A stretch of 63,494 nt of DNA, counting the filler. It is 7 parts of 7 records of this genome, joined end to end, with 100 filler letters (N's around TTAATTAATTAA, not from the genome) between each part and the next. Parts side by side here need not be neighbours in the genome. Positions count along the whole stretch, not along the records: positions 25,528 to 39,866 come from DRR378314_1212; positions 39,967 to 47,077 come from DRR378314_1218; 5 more parts are not named here. One strand, given 5' to 3'. Below are positions 33,165-44,572 of this stretch, piece by piece. The position numbers and the translations under genes were made by a program. The first letter of the stretch is position 1. Each line of letters begins with the position of its first letter. The notes below the pieces were generated by a model, which saw nothing but the letters and a program-made list of their open reading frames with translations, made no database searches and was not told the origin of the DNA.

Positions 33165-36100
33165 TCAATGAGTGCGCCTTGGCTCCGCTATTGCGCACCT
33201 GGGGCGCTCTGCGAGGCCTCGTCGCAGCGCGAGCAGCACCGCGCACGCGGCGACGAGCCCGCCGACAGCTCCGGCAGACACGCACGTCCACCACGCGCAC
33301 TGCGGCGCGCGCGAAAGGTCAGCAGCTGCAGTAGAAAGAAGTTTGCGTCCATTTCAGACATTAGCGGTAGAAATACGGTACTGCGTTGAACGGAGGGAGG
33401 AAGTAGAGCGATTAGCGCAGCGCGAAAGACGTGCACAGGGGATCGTACCGCGTGAGTGCCCGCGCTGCGGTTCTACGTTTCGTTCGTATCCTGCTTCTTC
33501 CGCTGCAGCGCAGAGTCTCGTTTCCGACTCATACGCAGAGGCCGCTGCAGAATCGAAGGCGGCACGGTCACCGTCGCTGGTAGCACCGGCGTTCACACGA
33601 CCCTTGCGAGCATCCGCAAGGACTGAGGAAGGACCCAGTGCAGAGTGCGTCGCAGCGGCCGATAGGCTCCGCAGGCACTCGATCAGCGCGTCCGTCGTCG
33701 GCCTGTCCGTCGGATCGCGGCTGCGGTACGCGAACGCAACGCGCCCGTCGCCGCGAACAATGAAGTCGCCTGCGGGACGATGAGGCACACATCAACAACG
33801 AAAATCAGCTTGGGAGGTACAACTGTGCGCGTTAGTATCCTATTATTCCTCTGCCGCGTCACACAGCGCGCTGCGTGTCTCTGCTACAAGAGAGGAAACG
33901 CCGCTCCGTGCACAACAGCAAGAGCAGAGTGGGAGAGTGCAGGTGGGCAACTGCCTCGCGCGAATGCTCTTTCCTTTTGGATGGATCTATATCTTCCACG
34001 CGCCAGTATGCAGCTCATTGAAAGCAATATCACGCAGTCTCTCCGTTCAAGTAGATTGCGTCATGTTTCCGGAATGAGTACAAAGGCATAGATGGCGCCA
34101 AACCAACTAGCTGTAACAGGGTGCACGAACGGCACAAAGGCGCGGAGCACAAGGGAAGTGCAACCAGTTCCGCTCGTGAGGTCGTGCGGTGAAAGGCGAA
34201 TGCGCTAGCTGCAGCGGTCACTCGCACGGCGCGTACCGCCCAGCTGATTCAGATCTTGACCGGCTTCGGCTTTCGGCAGCTCGCGTCCATTCAGCTTTAC
34301 TTGCGAGTAAAAAGAGAGCGTTTTAGGGTTCCACACAGAGGCAGCTGCAGTGCGAGGAACGCGGGAGTCGCAGACGAGCGAAGGCGGTTCACTTTTCAGC
34401 GGTCGAACGGGCGTATTGCTACACGGGAAAGCGACAAACGCATCCACTTGCCGCGTGCGATTGCTCAAATAATTCATGCGAATCTCTAAACGATACGCGT
34501 GTCTTTCAGTGGAGGTAGAACATATACGAGGCAACAGACTCACAAGTCGGCAGGTCCGAACTCTCCGATCGTGATCTTTGATCCTCTGTCGCGACGCGCA
34601 ACGCCAGGTTCGAAGCAGCACCGTCCTCTTGCGTTCCTATGCCTGCGATGTGTATGCGTACCGTTACGTGGCATTTGAAACCCACGAGCGCCGTAGAGGT
34701 CTCTGTGCAGAGAGGAGTCGATGAGGACATCGTAGCGAGAGCCCGTTTCCTGCGACCATCGCTGCCCTCCACGGAGCGAGCCAGGCTGATCGAAGCAGAG
34801 CACGAGTACTTGTGCTCCACACGCAGCAATCTACATCCACGGATGCCCAAAGTAGTAACAATCGTAAATACTAAGTAGATGAGAATCATGAATGGAGCGT
34901 TGTACGAATGAACAGGAACCTTTTTTATGGGTGAATTGCAAAGAGAGTCGAAAGCAAGTCGGAGCGCAACGGAGCTCAGAACCGAAATCGCGCTACGAAA
35001 TCGACCAACGCCTGGCTGTGCGCACGCGGCATCTCCCCCTTTTCTTCCCGACGGGACTGTCGATGAACGCGCATAGAGCGACTTCAGCAGAGCTTATTCG
35101 GAAAAAAGAGGAGACGTAGCACGTTCTTGTGTTCGTATCCATGAGCGACTATGCTGTCCGCACCTCGTCCTGGCGCTGCTCGAGGAGGGCAATGTGATCG
35201 CGTCACGGGACTCATCCCCAGTGGCGAAGGAAGACAAGCACACTCGGCTGGTTGCCGATAAAGGCGCCGAGAGTGTCTTCTTTCCCGTCTGACGCGCGAC
35301 GAACAGGAAGGTTCATCGGGGCTACACATGGCAAGAAAGGAGAAAAACAGGGAAAAGTCGAAGTTATATAGCGAGGTTCAACACCACACGCGCGCAACGC
35401 TCGATGAGCAGAGAGGTACGACGACTCGCGCTACAACGTCTTGCGCTTCTGTGTTTCAAGCTAGTTCCCTTACCCACACAGCAATGCGAGCCTTGATTTC
35501 TCTTTTACATTGGAATTCTCCGCTGCATAAGTACACAGTCCCCACCATGTTTGACGGGAGGAAAGGAAAACAGGAGTCCTGCGCAACTACTCCTCGCGCT
35601 TCGCTGCTTTCGCACAAGAGTGCCGAATCTACTGCTTCCACACGTAGTAGAAACGAAATACCACCCACTCACGTACCTACATCACCAACATCAATGACAG
35701 TGGCAAAAGTGTTATCTGCCGTATTCGCATCGCCGTATCTGGATTCTCCGGGCAATTCGGAGCACCGCAGAAAGAGCAATTTGCAGGAGAAACCACGTGT
35801 TAGCTTCGATCAATATGCTGCGAGAACTTATGTGAAATAGCGACAATACCGCGATGAAATTCCCGACTTCTGATGCGATGCACATGAACTTCAATAGATC
35901 GGTAGACATGTGTAAATGTGTACACACCTATTTTCCAAATCGGTTACCTCGTTGATCCATTCCGCGTCAATGCTCGCGAGCTCGCGCAGCGCTCCACGGC
36001 ATTCTCCGTCGCCCCGGTCTGCGTAGTATTCCAGCGCTACTCGTGGCAGGTAATCCCCACGAGTAATCCGAAAGCGACGCATGAGCAGGGGACAATACAG

Positions 36101-37255
36101 TGGAGAAGGCAAAAATACGGACGCTGCACAGAACAAAGCGATAGCCGAGACAAACTTCTCCTCCACGAACGTTTCCTGAAGATAGCGACAGGATCAGGAA
36201 GGACGACGCCGTCATCGCACCTCGTTCAAACGAATCTTGATCACGAATATTGTTCCTGGCAAATACTTGCTCTTGGTTACCTGCATTGTGTACCCATAAC
36301 AAGGGAAAAAGAGCGCAAAACCACGGCCCCGCGCGAAGCGCACAGGATAGGAACGATTTGCGCTGGTCAGGCGGGTCGTCCATGCAAATACCGTGGATGT
36401 ATGCGTACTGTGCGAATACGCTCTGCGAAACATCAATCTCTGCGTTGCGACATCTACCCCCCGCCTCTGGATCTATATTTTAAGAGATTTTCAGCCCAGA
36501 CTTTCTGCTGTGTGGACTTGTAAAGAGGACGGCACTATCGAAAGTCTGGTGAGTGCAACCTCGGTTGCTCAAACACGAACTACGTCGCTGCTTCACCGCG
36601 CACAATCGCTGCAGCAGAAACGGAGAGTATCTGGCGCACACTGCCTCACCTATAAGCGCTCCAAGCGCTCGAATTTTTGTTTCGAACACATTTTTTAGTT
36701 CAGTCTGCCGCTGTTCTGTTGTGGAATCCTGAAGCTCAGCTTCGAGCGCTTCCAGTGCCACGCGCATCCTGTGCGCCTGCAACGACACAGAAACCAAGGG
36801 CGCAGCACAACGCCTCAGCAAGTGAGAGGAATTGGCAACGCGTAATCACAGCCCCCATGCACGTGTACAAGAAGGGCTAACGAAACATTTTGAACTTGGC
36901 GGCTTCGCTAACAGTCAAGGACCGCAAACGTGCAGCCGCGCGATTGTAGGTAAGAGCAAGCGGACGAGACCGCGCAGCGTGGCGCTCTTGCTCGGAAAGG
37001 CACGCGCGACCACGTGTCCTCCCACTACCGGTTCGCCGTATCGCGCGCCGGAACTAGCACGCTCTGCGCTGCAAAAGGATTTCCGTACCCGTGCCCTGTC
37101 TATCGAGTCCACTGTACAATGGATGTCAGATGTAGTGGACAGATGTGTGTGCGACTGCGAGAGGATACCTCATCTTTTACTTCTCCGCGTACGCCAGCAA
37201 GCTCCTCGGCAACGTCGAGCGCGTCGTCCCTGTCGAGAGCTGGAGCAGCCGCCAT
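33165..37255 (-). CDS. SELENOL: Selenoprotein L (AhpC/TSA-2, thioredoxin fold) with UxxU motif; 9 exons, about 462 aa
   Basis: Exons 37255-37169, 36776-36650, 36123-35928, 35738-35677, 35321-35164, 34830-34662, 34344-34237, 33769-33449, 33325-33165, phases consistent; VGDVAP..LVFLRHWG-TGA-V-P-TGA-RDHI, then W..ETG....L.D, QLGGDF, Y.S.DP.DRP. Confidence 0.9.
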
Positions 37256-37596
37256 TCCGCTGTGCGCCAATGCACGCGTTGCGTACTCCACAGGACACAC
37301 CCGGCCCTTACTGGCGACTACTGGTGCCGCCTTGCACTGCGAATTGTCCTCGCAGCGCAGGTATGGGGCGCGCAGGCAGGGTACTGCCTCGCGCGCTGCG
37401 CTCGCTGGAGCGCGCCTCGGACGTATCACAACTACCAAATCCAACCAAAGTCAGTTTCCAAATTCAATGGAAATCGACGTTTGGGCAGTGAGCACACAAC
37501 TGCGCAGCGGAGCACCAGTTCCACACCTGTCGGGCGTGAAGAACACCCGCCTCGCTTTGCCGCTCATTACTCTCCGGGCGAGAATCGAACGACGGT

Positions 37597-39866
37597 ATGG
37601 AGAAAGAGGTGCGCAGTTATAGAACTGAAGAGCAGGAGTGAAATTTCGACGGCCGTGTCCGTTCTTCCGTGGGTCTGGTGTCGCGAACGCGTCGCTCGGG
37701 ACGGCAGTGCTGCGCGTTCATCGCGTTTGGCGTTGCACAGTCCGACGAAGGGCCCAACAAGGTTCCCTTGTCTTGTCAACGCCGGGCATTCTTTTGCGCA
37801 CGGTCGCATGGAAAAATGAGAAAGCGCCATCGCAGAGTGGCACTGAAACCGAACCAATTGTCTGGTGTCGCTTTGTGCCGGTTATATCCAGTGGCGCTCT
37901 GGTGTGGCGGCCTTCGCTGCAGGCAACTTTGACGAAGCTCTGTCGAAGTTTCGCGAGGTCAACAAGCAGCAGCACCAGAAGAGTGGCCGAGCGCTGTTCA
38001 ATCAGGCGAATGCCGCCCATCATGCAGGGCAGTACGTTCACATGAACGAACAGAGAGCCGAGCGTATATTCAATGCGTGTAATATGTCCAAAGTAGTGCT
38101 GCTATAGTGGCATGGTGCAAGAGCGTTGCACGAGTGCTCTGCGAAATCGAAGGGAACGAGTGCCCGCTGCAAGAGTGCTGCAGTGCTGCTGGCCTTGCCA
38201 CGCGCTGCTGTTTTGCGCAGCTTTACGAGCATCACTGACGGAAGTATCTTGCTGTATCTTTGCCGTTGGCAAACCCGCTCCTTTAGTCTTAGTCGCTTTT
38301 TCAACTGTAAGATCGCTGTGTGGAGATTCAAATTTCATCTGCGGAAATGTGGGACGCGTCGCAGGTCGCCGCAAGCTTGTAGCGGAAAGTGAGGAGTTGC
38401 GTGAGAAGCTGTCGCTGTCGTGTCCTTTCCTGCGCGGTGCGCGCGCTTGGGCTGGGCTGGGAGGGGGAGCGTCTGACTCGAACTGCGCGGGCTCAAAGTT
38501 GTGTGCGCGCTCTATCCGACGGCGCGCCCCTTGTCCCTGGCTGTGATTATCTCTGACGTGCAGATTTTCAGTCGCTCGAGACTTTCTCGAGTCTTTCTCG
38601 TCGAAAATGCCCAATCCTCTGGCGGTTGACTTTTTGTATGGGGTTGTAACAATGCGCTGCGAGGACTATGCAACGGCGTCGCAACGATTTTCCGCCGTTA
38701 TCAAAGTACGCTACTGACTCATCGCCGACGCTATGCGCTCGGCGAGAGCAACTGTCCATAGGACGTTCACCTGGGATTTCTGTGTCTAAATTGCTGTACA
38801 GCTGAACCTCCTGTATTGTCTACTTTCTCCGTTTTGATCGCTGTCCTGCTATCGCGGCGTGAATGAAGGAGCTGGGAAACCGCAATGCTGTCGACATGTC
38901 CGGCGAGGGGCTAGTTGTTGTATTGACTGCGACAAAGTGCCTGTACAATAGGGCGCTGTGCTCGCTTCACTTGGGTACGTGTTTCATGGCACAGACAGTA
39001 ATGTAAGTAGCAGTACCATTCTTTTCCAGTGGCAAGAACGCGCATTGGCAGATGGCTTTGGGAAAGTTTGTGGGTTCCTGTGGGGACTAAAGTGATCCCG
39101 CGCCTGATAGTGCTGCGTGCTCACCTGTGGATGGGAGAGCGGCAGAGGTTTTCCTCACTGGATGCGGATCGGGACACTGCCGCGCTGTCCTCTTGCCGCA
39201 ACATTAAGCGCACACGGTCGTGAGAAAATTGAATGGACCGGATCTTTCAGAGCCCGAGGATCTCGATTGGAAAGCCGCATGTTTCCTTATATGCCTCGGC
39301 TGGTAGTAGCGTTTGGTCGCACTGATTTCTTCCCTAGCTGCCGCGCGACTGTGTGTGACCATGACCCTCTAGGTGGCGATGATGCGGTCGCCTCTGCGGT
39401 CGAGGATCTTTGTTTGGCGAAGAAGATGCGCCAGCCTGCTGATGAGAGCGTGATTCCTTCCGTTGAGAAACTTTTGGCGTATGCTCAATCACTTCCTTCT
39501 CGGAAATCAAGTGAAAGCACGAGCAAAGAATCGGGGAATGCATCTTCGGGAATCCGCAGGAGATCGGCGCCGCGGCTGCCGGGTCCTCCGGCCGGAATTC
39601 CGACAGGCACGCTTCGTGGCGCGCCGTCTGGCGATCTGCCCGGTCCACCCCCTGGATCACCCTCGGCATCGAAAGGCAACCCTGTCGCAGCGTCCGACGA
39701 TACGGATGGGACAGGGCGTAAGCCTGATTCAACTAATAAGCTTCCCGGTCCGCCGTCAGTAGCGAAGCCAACGCCGCCTGGTGCCGTAAAGCTTCCAGGA
39801 CCGCCGTCGAAGGAGCCAGCTCTGCCTGGTGGTGTGAAGCTTCCCGGTCCTCCGCCACCCAAGGAG
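37597..39866 (+). CDS. TPR-repeat protein with Pro-rich LPGPP repeats (3' truncated); N-terminus weakly p67phox/NoxR-like
   Basis: Exons MEKE|WRSGVAAFAAGNFDEALSKF..RALFNQA..|FSVARDFLE..LAVDFLYGV....EDYATASQRF|; last exon has five LPGPP units; middle exons uncertain. Confidence 0.55.
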
Positions 39867-39966
39867 NNNNNNNNNNNNNNNNNNNNNNNNNNNNNNNNNN
39901 NNNNNNNNNNTTAATTAATTAANNNNNNNNNNNNNNNNNNNNNNNNNNNNNNNNNNNNNNNNNNNN

Positions 39967-42900
39967 CAGCGGAGAACGTGGAGCTTCTGCTGGATCTTCC
40001 TCGAGGCTCTTCCGCCCCTGCGGCGATTCCTGGAGGCTCAGAAAACCAGGTCAGGGTCTTGCCAGAGCAAGTAATTTCGGACAGTGTTGCAGCGGATGCT
40101 GCGCCGAGCTCGCCTTCGGCGTCTGATGTTTCGGTTTCGCCGCGCCCTGCGTCTGCGCCGGCGAATGTGGAGGGTCTCGGGCGGTCCCGCGGTCCGAGCA
40201 CTGACTCCGCGCCCTCGCGAGCCTCTGAATCCGGCGACGAGCAGGTATCACGATCAAGGTTCGATGAAGATTTCGAAGAAGTTGGTGTGCTGGGCAAGGG
40301 GGCTTTTGGTCGTGTGGTAATTGCGCGCAATCGGTTGGACGGCGCCGAGTACGCGGTGAAAAAGATCCCGGTTCTCTCATCCCTGCTTTCGCAGCAGCGC
40401 CGCGAGCGTATGTTGCGTGAAGTGACGGCGCTCGCAAAGCTCGATCATGCCAATATTGTACGGTATTATCAAGCTTGGATTGAGGATAAGCCGTTGGAGC
40501 AGGACTACGAGTGGATATTCGGGTCGTCGGGCAGCCTTTACGCTGGGAGTGGGCACAAGGGCGAGCTGGATGATTCGGCGGTCAGCGATGTTTTTGGTGG
40601 GGCGCTGGATTCCGGACTACCCGGCGGTCTGTTGGAAGAGACGGGCTCGGCGCTGAGCACGCGCGACGGAAGTTTGTTGCATCCAGGAGGGAGCATGCCG
40701 GCGTCTCCGTCAGGCTCGCTCGCGTCGCGCCGAGGAGGCCAGGGTGCAGGCTTTGCCCGTCGGCGCGGCGCTGGCGCGCATAGGGACAGCGGCGAAAGCC
40801 TCTTTGCGCGCGAAGATGCAGTAGAGTCTGGCGGCGCAGAGTCACCGTGGAGCCTCCGCGAGACGCCTTCTCCGGCTAGCGAAGAGGGTCTGCGCCACGA
40901 TTTGCAGCATCTCGAGCTTGCGTCGCGTCTTGAACAGCTGGGCACCGCACTAAAGCCCTCGGTGTGCACTCCGCAGGGAAGTGCGTCCTGTGGGAGTCCG
41001 TGCAGCGAAGGCCTAGATGGCGACGGCGCGGCCTCGCCGTCCTCGAGCAGCTCGTCGTCGGGAGACAGTACAAATAGCGTTCCGTTTTCGATCACAGACG
41101 ATGGCGAGTCTTCATCGATTGCTTTTGGCGCGACTGCAGATTCCGCGGGCACCGCATCATCGCGCTCGCAGGATCGGCCCGAGGTGTTTATGCTGTACAT
41201 CCAAATGCAGCTTTGCGGCGGCGGGACGCTGAAGGAGTTTCTGTCGCGGCGTGCGCACGAGGAGCGCGGTGTCGACACAGCGGAAGCTCTGCGCGTGTTC
41301 GCGCAGATTGCCGAAGGCGTGGCGTACATTCATTCCCACGGGCTTATCCACCGCGACCTGAAGCCCTCGAATATCCTGTTTTCTAGCGAGGACGTCGTAA
41401 AGCTCGGCGACTTTGGGCTCAGCAAGCGCGCCGACACGCAGCGTACTCCAGACGGTACTCTTGATGGCCGTCTGGGCTCCGGGCGCACTCCCGCAAAGTC
41501 GGAACCCGCAAATCTTGCCCTGAAAGAGGCAGCGCGGTGGGACGGCAGCGCGTCGCGTCGCGGCAAATCCGGGACGCGTGGGATCGGGACGCCGCTGTAC
41601 GCGGCGCCGGAGCTGGAGGCGGGGCATCCGATCCCCGCCGAGTGGCAGGATCGCGCCGATGTGTACTCGCTCGGGATCCTGCTGTTTGAGCTCTTCTCGG
41701 ATTTCGGCACGGATATGGAGCGTATTCGCTCGGTCTCGCAGCTCCGCCGCGGGATCCTTCCGGCCTCGTTCCGCAAAACGTACCCCAGGGAATCGAAACT
41801 CATCCTCAGCATGTGCGCGTTGCGCCCTGAAAATCGACCTGACGCGGGAACGGTAAGTCTTCATCGCCTTACACCTTGCATTTCTGTTTGTTGTTGTTGG
41901 AGCGCCGCCCTTGGCTGTAAAACGCTTGTGACGACTGTCGTGTGCACTGTCCAGGGAATGATTTGGGGAAAGCGCAGGAAAGAGGCGCCTGCGGGAGACG
42001 TGTCTGGTTGTTCGAGCGGGGCGTGGGACCAGGGCTGGCACAGTGGAACATCTTGTGTGGCGTTTGTGCTGTGTTTCCTTTGCGTCAGTGTCTGCGGTGG
42101 CGCCAAAAATTTAGCGTATGTGAAGATTCACGTTCCTGTCTTTGGTACTCGGTAGGTGGGTGCTATGTGACGTGCGCGGCCAATGTATGATATTCGCTGT
42201 CTCAATGTGATGTTGCCGTGATTTGGTTTCCGGCGTTTCTGTTTCCGTAGGTGGTACAGTCCGAGGCGCTCCGTCCGCATTACATGTCGCAGGCGCTTCT
42301 CTCTCGCGCGCCGTCTGCCATATCGGGCGGTGGGGACGATTCCTCTTCACAGCCGTCGTACATCTTTGTTGCTGTTCAAGCGACTAATTCTCCCTCTGTG
42401 TACCCTGATATTACGAGGTAAGAGTGCTTTTGTTTTTCTCTGCCGTGCTGGCGGGTGTCGTGAAGCAAGATGCCGATCCCGTTTGCGTTGGAGGGCGAAA
42501 GGCTGCGTCTGCGAGATAGATGGGTGGGTTTGGGGTCCGCACGATCGTGTGAATGTGTTTATCTTAGTGCCATGTGGCTGTATTCCTTCGTTGCGTGCTT
42601 AGCGTTTGTGCGAGCACCGGTGGCAGTACGCGTGCCCCGCTCCCTCTTGGCGCGCCGCAACCGTAGATGGCGTACCGTTTTTGTGTTCTCGCCCGTAGAG
42701 GTAATGCCACCCACTGCCGCCACTGTAGAAAATCACCGCGCTTGGGTGATGCATTGGATGCCGGCCGGCGGTGCGCACACAAGAGCCTCTTTGATACACA
42801 ATGTGTACATCATCTTGGTCTCACGAGCGCATAGGGTTCGCAAGGTGGCAGGCAGCGAGGGACGCAAGTATGATTTTCTATGCATGAGCGACGAGTGCGG

Positions 42901-43211
42901 TGCGCCGCCTTCATGCGCGATTTCCGCTTTGGTCGAATCCTGTTTCCAATACCTTCCTCTTCTCCCCTTTGTTGTGTCCCTGTAGCGTTCTCGTTGATGC
43001 AAAACGGCGAATAGCTGCATCGAACACGTACGTAGATGGGGATACTGTACGACTGGAATTCTCCCTTGTTGCTGATGACGAAGACGCATCCTCGTCGTTG
43101 GGCGGGAAGGAGGGTGGTGGTGCGAATCAGTCTTCAAAGGCTGTGTGGGAATCTATTCGAAAGAGACTGCATCGCGTGGCGGGCGTCATGGGCGCGGAAG
43201 TCCACGCGTAA
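39967..43211 (+). CDS. eIF2-alpha kinase (GCN2/HRI-like) with long kinase insert and C-terminal ACT-like domain (5' truncated)
   Basis: SRF..DFEE...LGKGAFG.V...RNRLDG..YAVKKI, YYQAWIE, LYIQMQLC, HRDLKPSNI, GDFGL, GTPLYAAPE, F.T.MER; exons <39967-41852, 42251-42417, 42986-43211. Confidence 0.92.
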
Positions 43212-43622
43212 GATGCTCAACACGTTTTCAGTGTTTTCTTTGGCACACTGGTAGATATTTTCTGTTTTCTTCCCTATTTTGTCAAATTTTTGATACACTT
43301 GTGTTGTTGTACGAAATACACGAGGGTGCGCAGCACCTTTGAACTGCGGGCGCGATCGCAGAGCACGGGCTGTAACCTTCAAAATAGGCCAACGACTTCA
43401 AAGCAGCAAAAACTCCCAATATGATCCTCATTCAGGATCTGTATGCATAATGTGGCACTTGTCCTGCGAAACGAAGAAGAAAGTGGCTTGCATGCGCGGG
43501 GAGCAAGCTTGTTGCAAAGCGCCCAGTGTCCGGGCTGGGCGAAGGGCGCAGGAAAGCGCAACCGCTAATTCTTTCGAAGTAAGGCTTCATATACAATTGT
43601 TTTGCCCTAGTTTGTGTATTTT

Positions 43623-43705
43623 GCAAGCATGGCCGAGTGGTTAAGGCGTCTGACTCAAGTTCAGATTCCCGTTAGGGAGCGTGGGTTCGAACCCCACTGC
43701 TTGCA
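43623..43705 (+). tRNA. tRNA-Leu(CAA), intronless, eukaryotic type
   Basis: GCAAGCA/TGCTTGC acceptor stem, TCTGA-CT CAA GT-TCAGA anticodon arm, long variable arm, GGTTCGA T-loop, no encoded CCA, followed by a poly-T Pol III terminator. Confidence 0.96.
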
Positions 43706-44572
43706 TGTGTTTTTTTCTTTTCTTGGAAAGAGTAACCCTAGTACTACCAGGATTCGAATTTCGGATCCCTGGGTTGGTTGCAAAGATTGCCCGCATGTAT
43801 CGCCTCAGACGCGCCAGCCTTGCAGTGCGGGCGAGTTTCTGTTATGTTTGTCGCACATGCTCTCACTCGGATGGACGACTTGGTTATGGTGTGATACTCT
43901 CCGGGTGGGCTCTCCGTTGTCGGATGTGGCGGTGTGGGCACAAGGCGGCGATCTCGAATGGACAGATGCGTGGCGCGAGGCGGGACCAGCACGCGAGAAC
44001 GCGACTCAACTTTCAGTTTTTCCGAGTTCAGTTTATGTTCACTTGCCTCTCCTGCGCATTGCAAATGTATGGGTTTAATGATAAGCAGAGAGAATACACA
44101 CAATGATCTTGTCTTTGCTGAGGAAGGAGGAGTGCCTGCCTCGCAGGGTGATGCGGTGTAGGGCGTGGTTTGGAAGAATCGCGACCGGTAGCCGAGGAAA
44201 ACGCCGTGCCAAGGTCACTCGGATTCGTGCGCTCCAGAGGCTTCACGTCCGTCGATGCTCCGCGCCACTCCGACCGCCTTCCAGATACGCGGCGTGACAC
44301 GAAATGCACCAGATCTGCACATACGTGAAAAGCAACCACCGCCCCCATTTTAGGTAGTGTGATTTCGGCGAGCCAATCTTGTCGAAACAGCAATCGCTCC
44401 AGGTTTAGGGTCGAGGTCATCTAGCAAATCGGCTCTCTACCAGTATAGCAACACCGTTCGCAATGCGGCGGACATGGCTCCCAAAGAAATATAGAATCGT
44501 GCAAACCCAAACTACGCAACATTGTATGTAATATCTCCCATTAGTCACGACGTGGCCACAAAGGGCGGCATC

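Noticed and set aside
41853-42155. Cys-rich C-terminus of the 725-aa kinase ORF
   Set aside because: Read-through into an intron beginning GTAAGT at 41853
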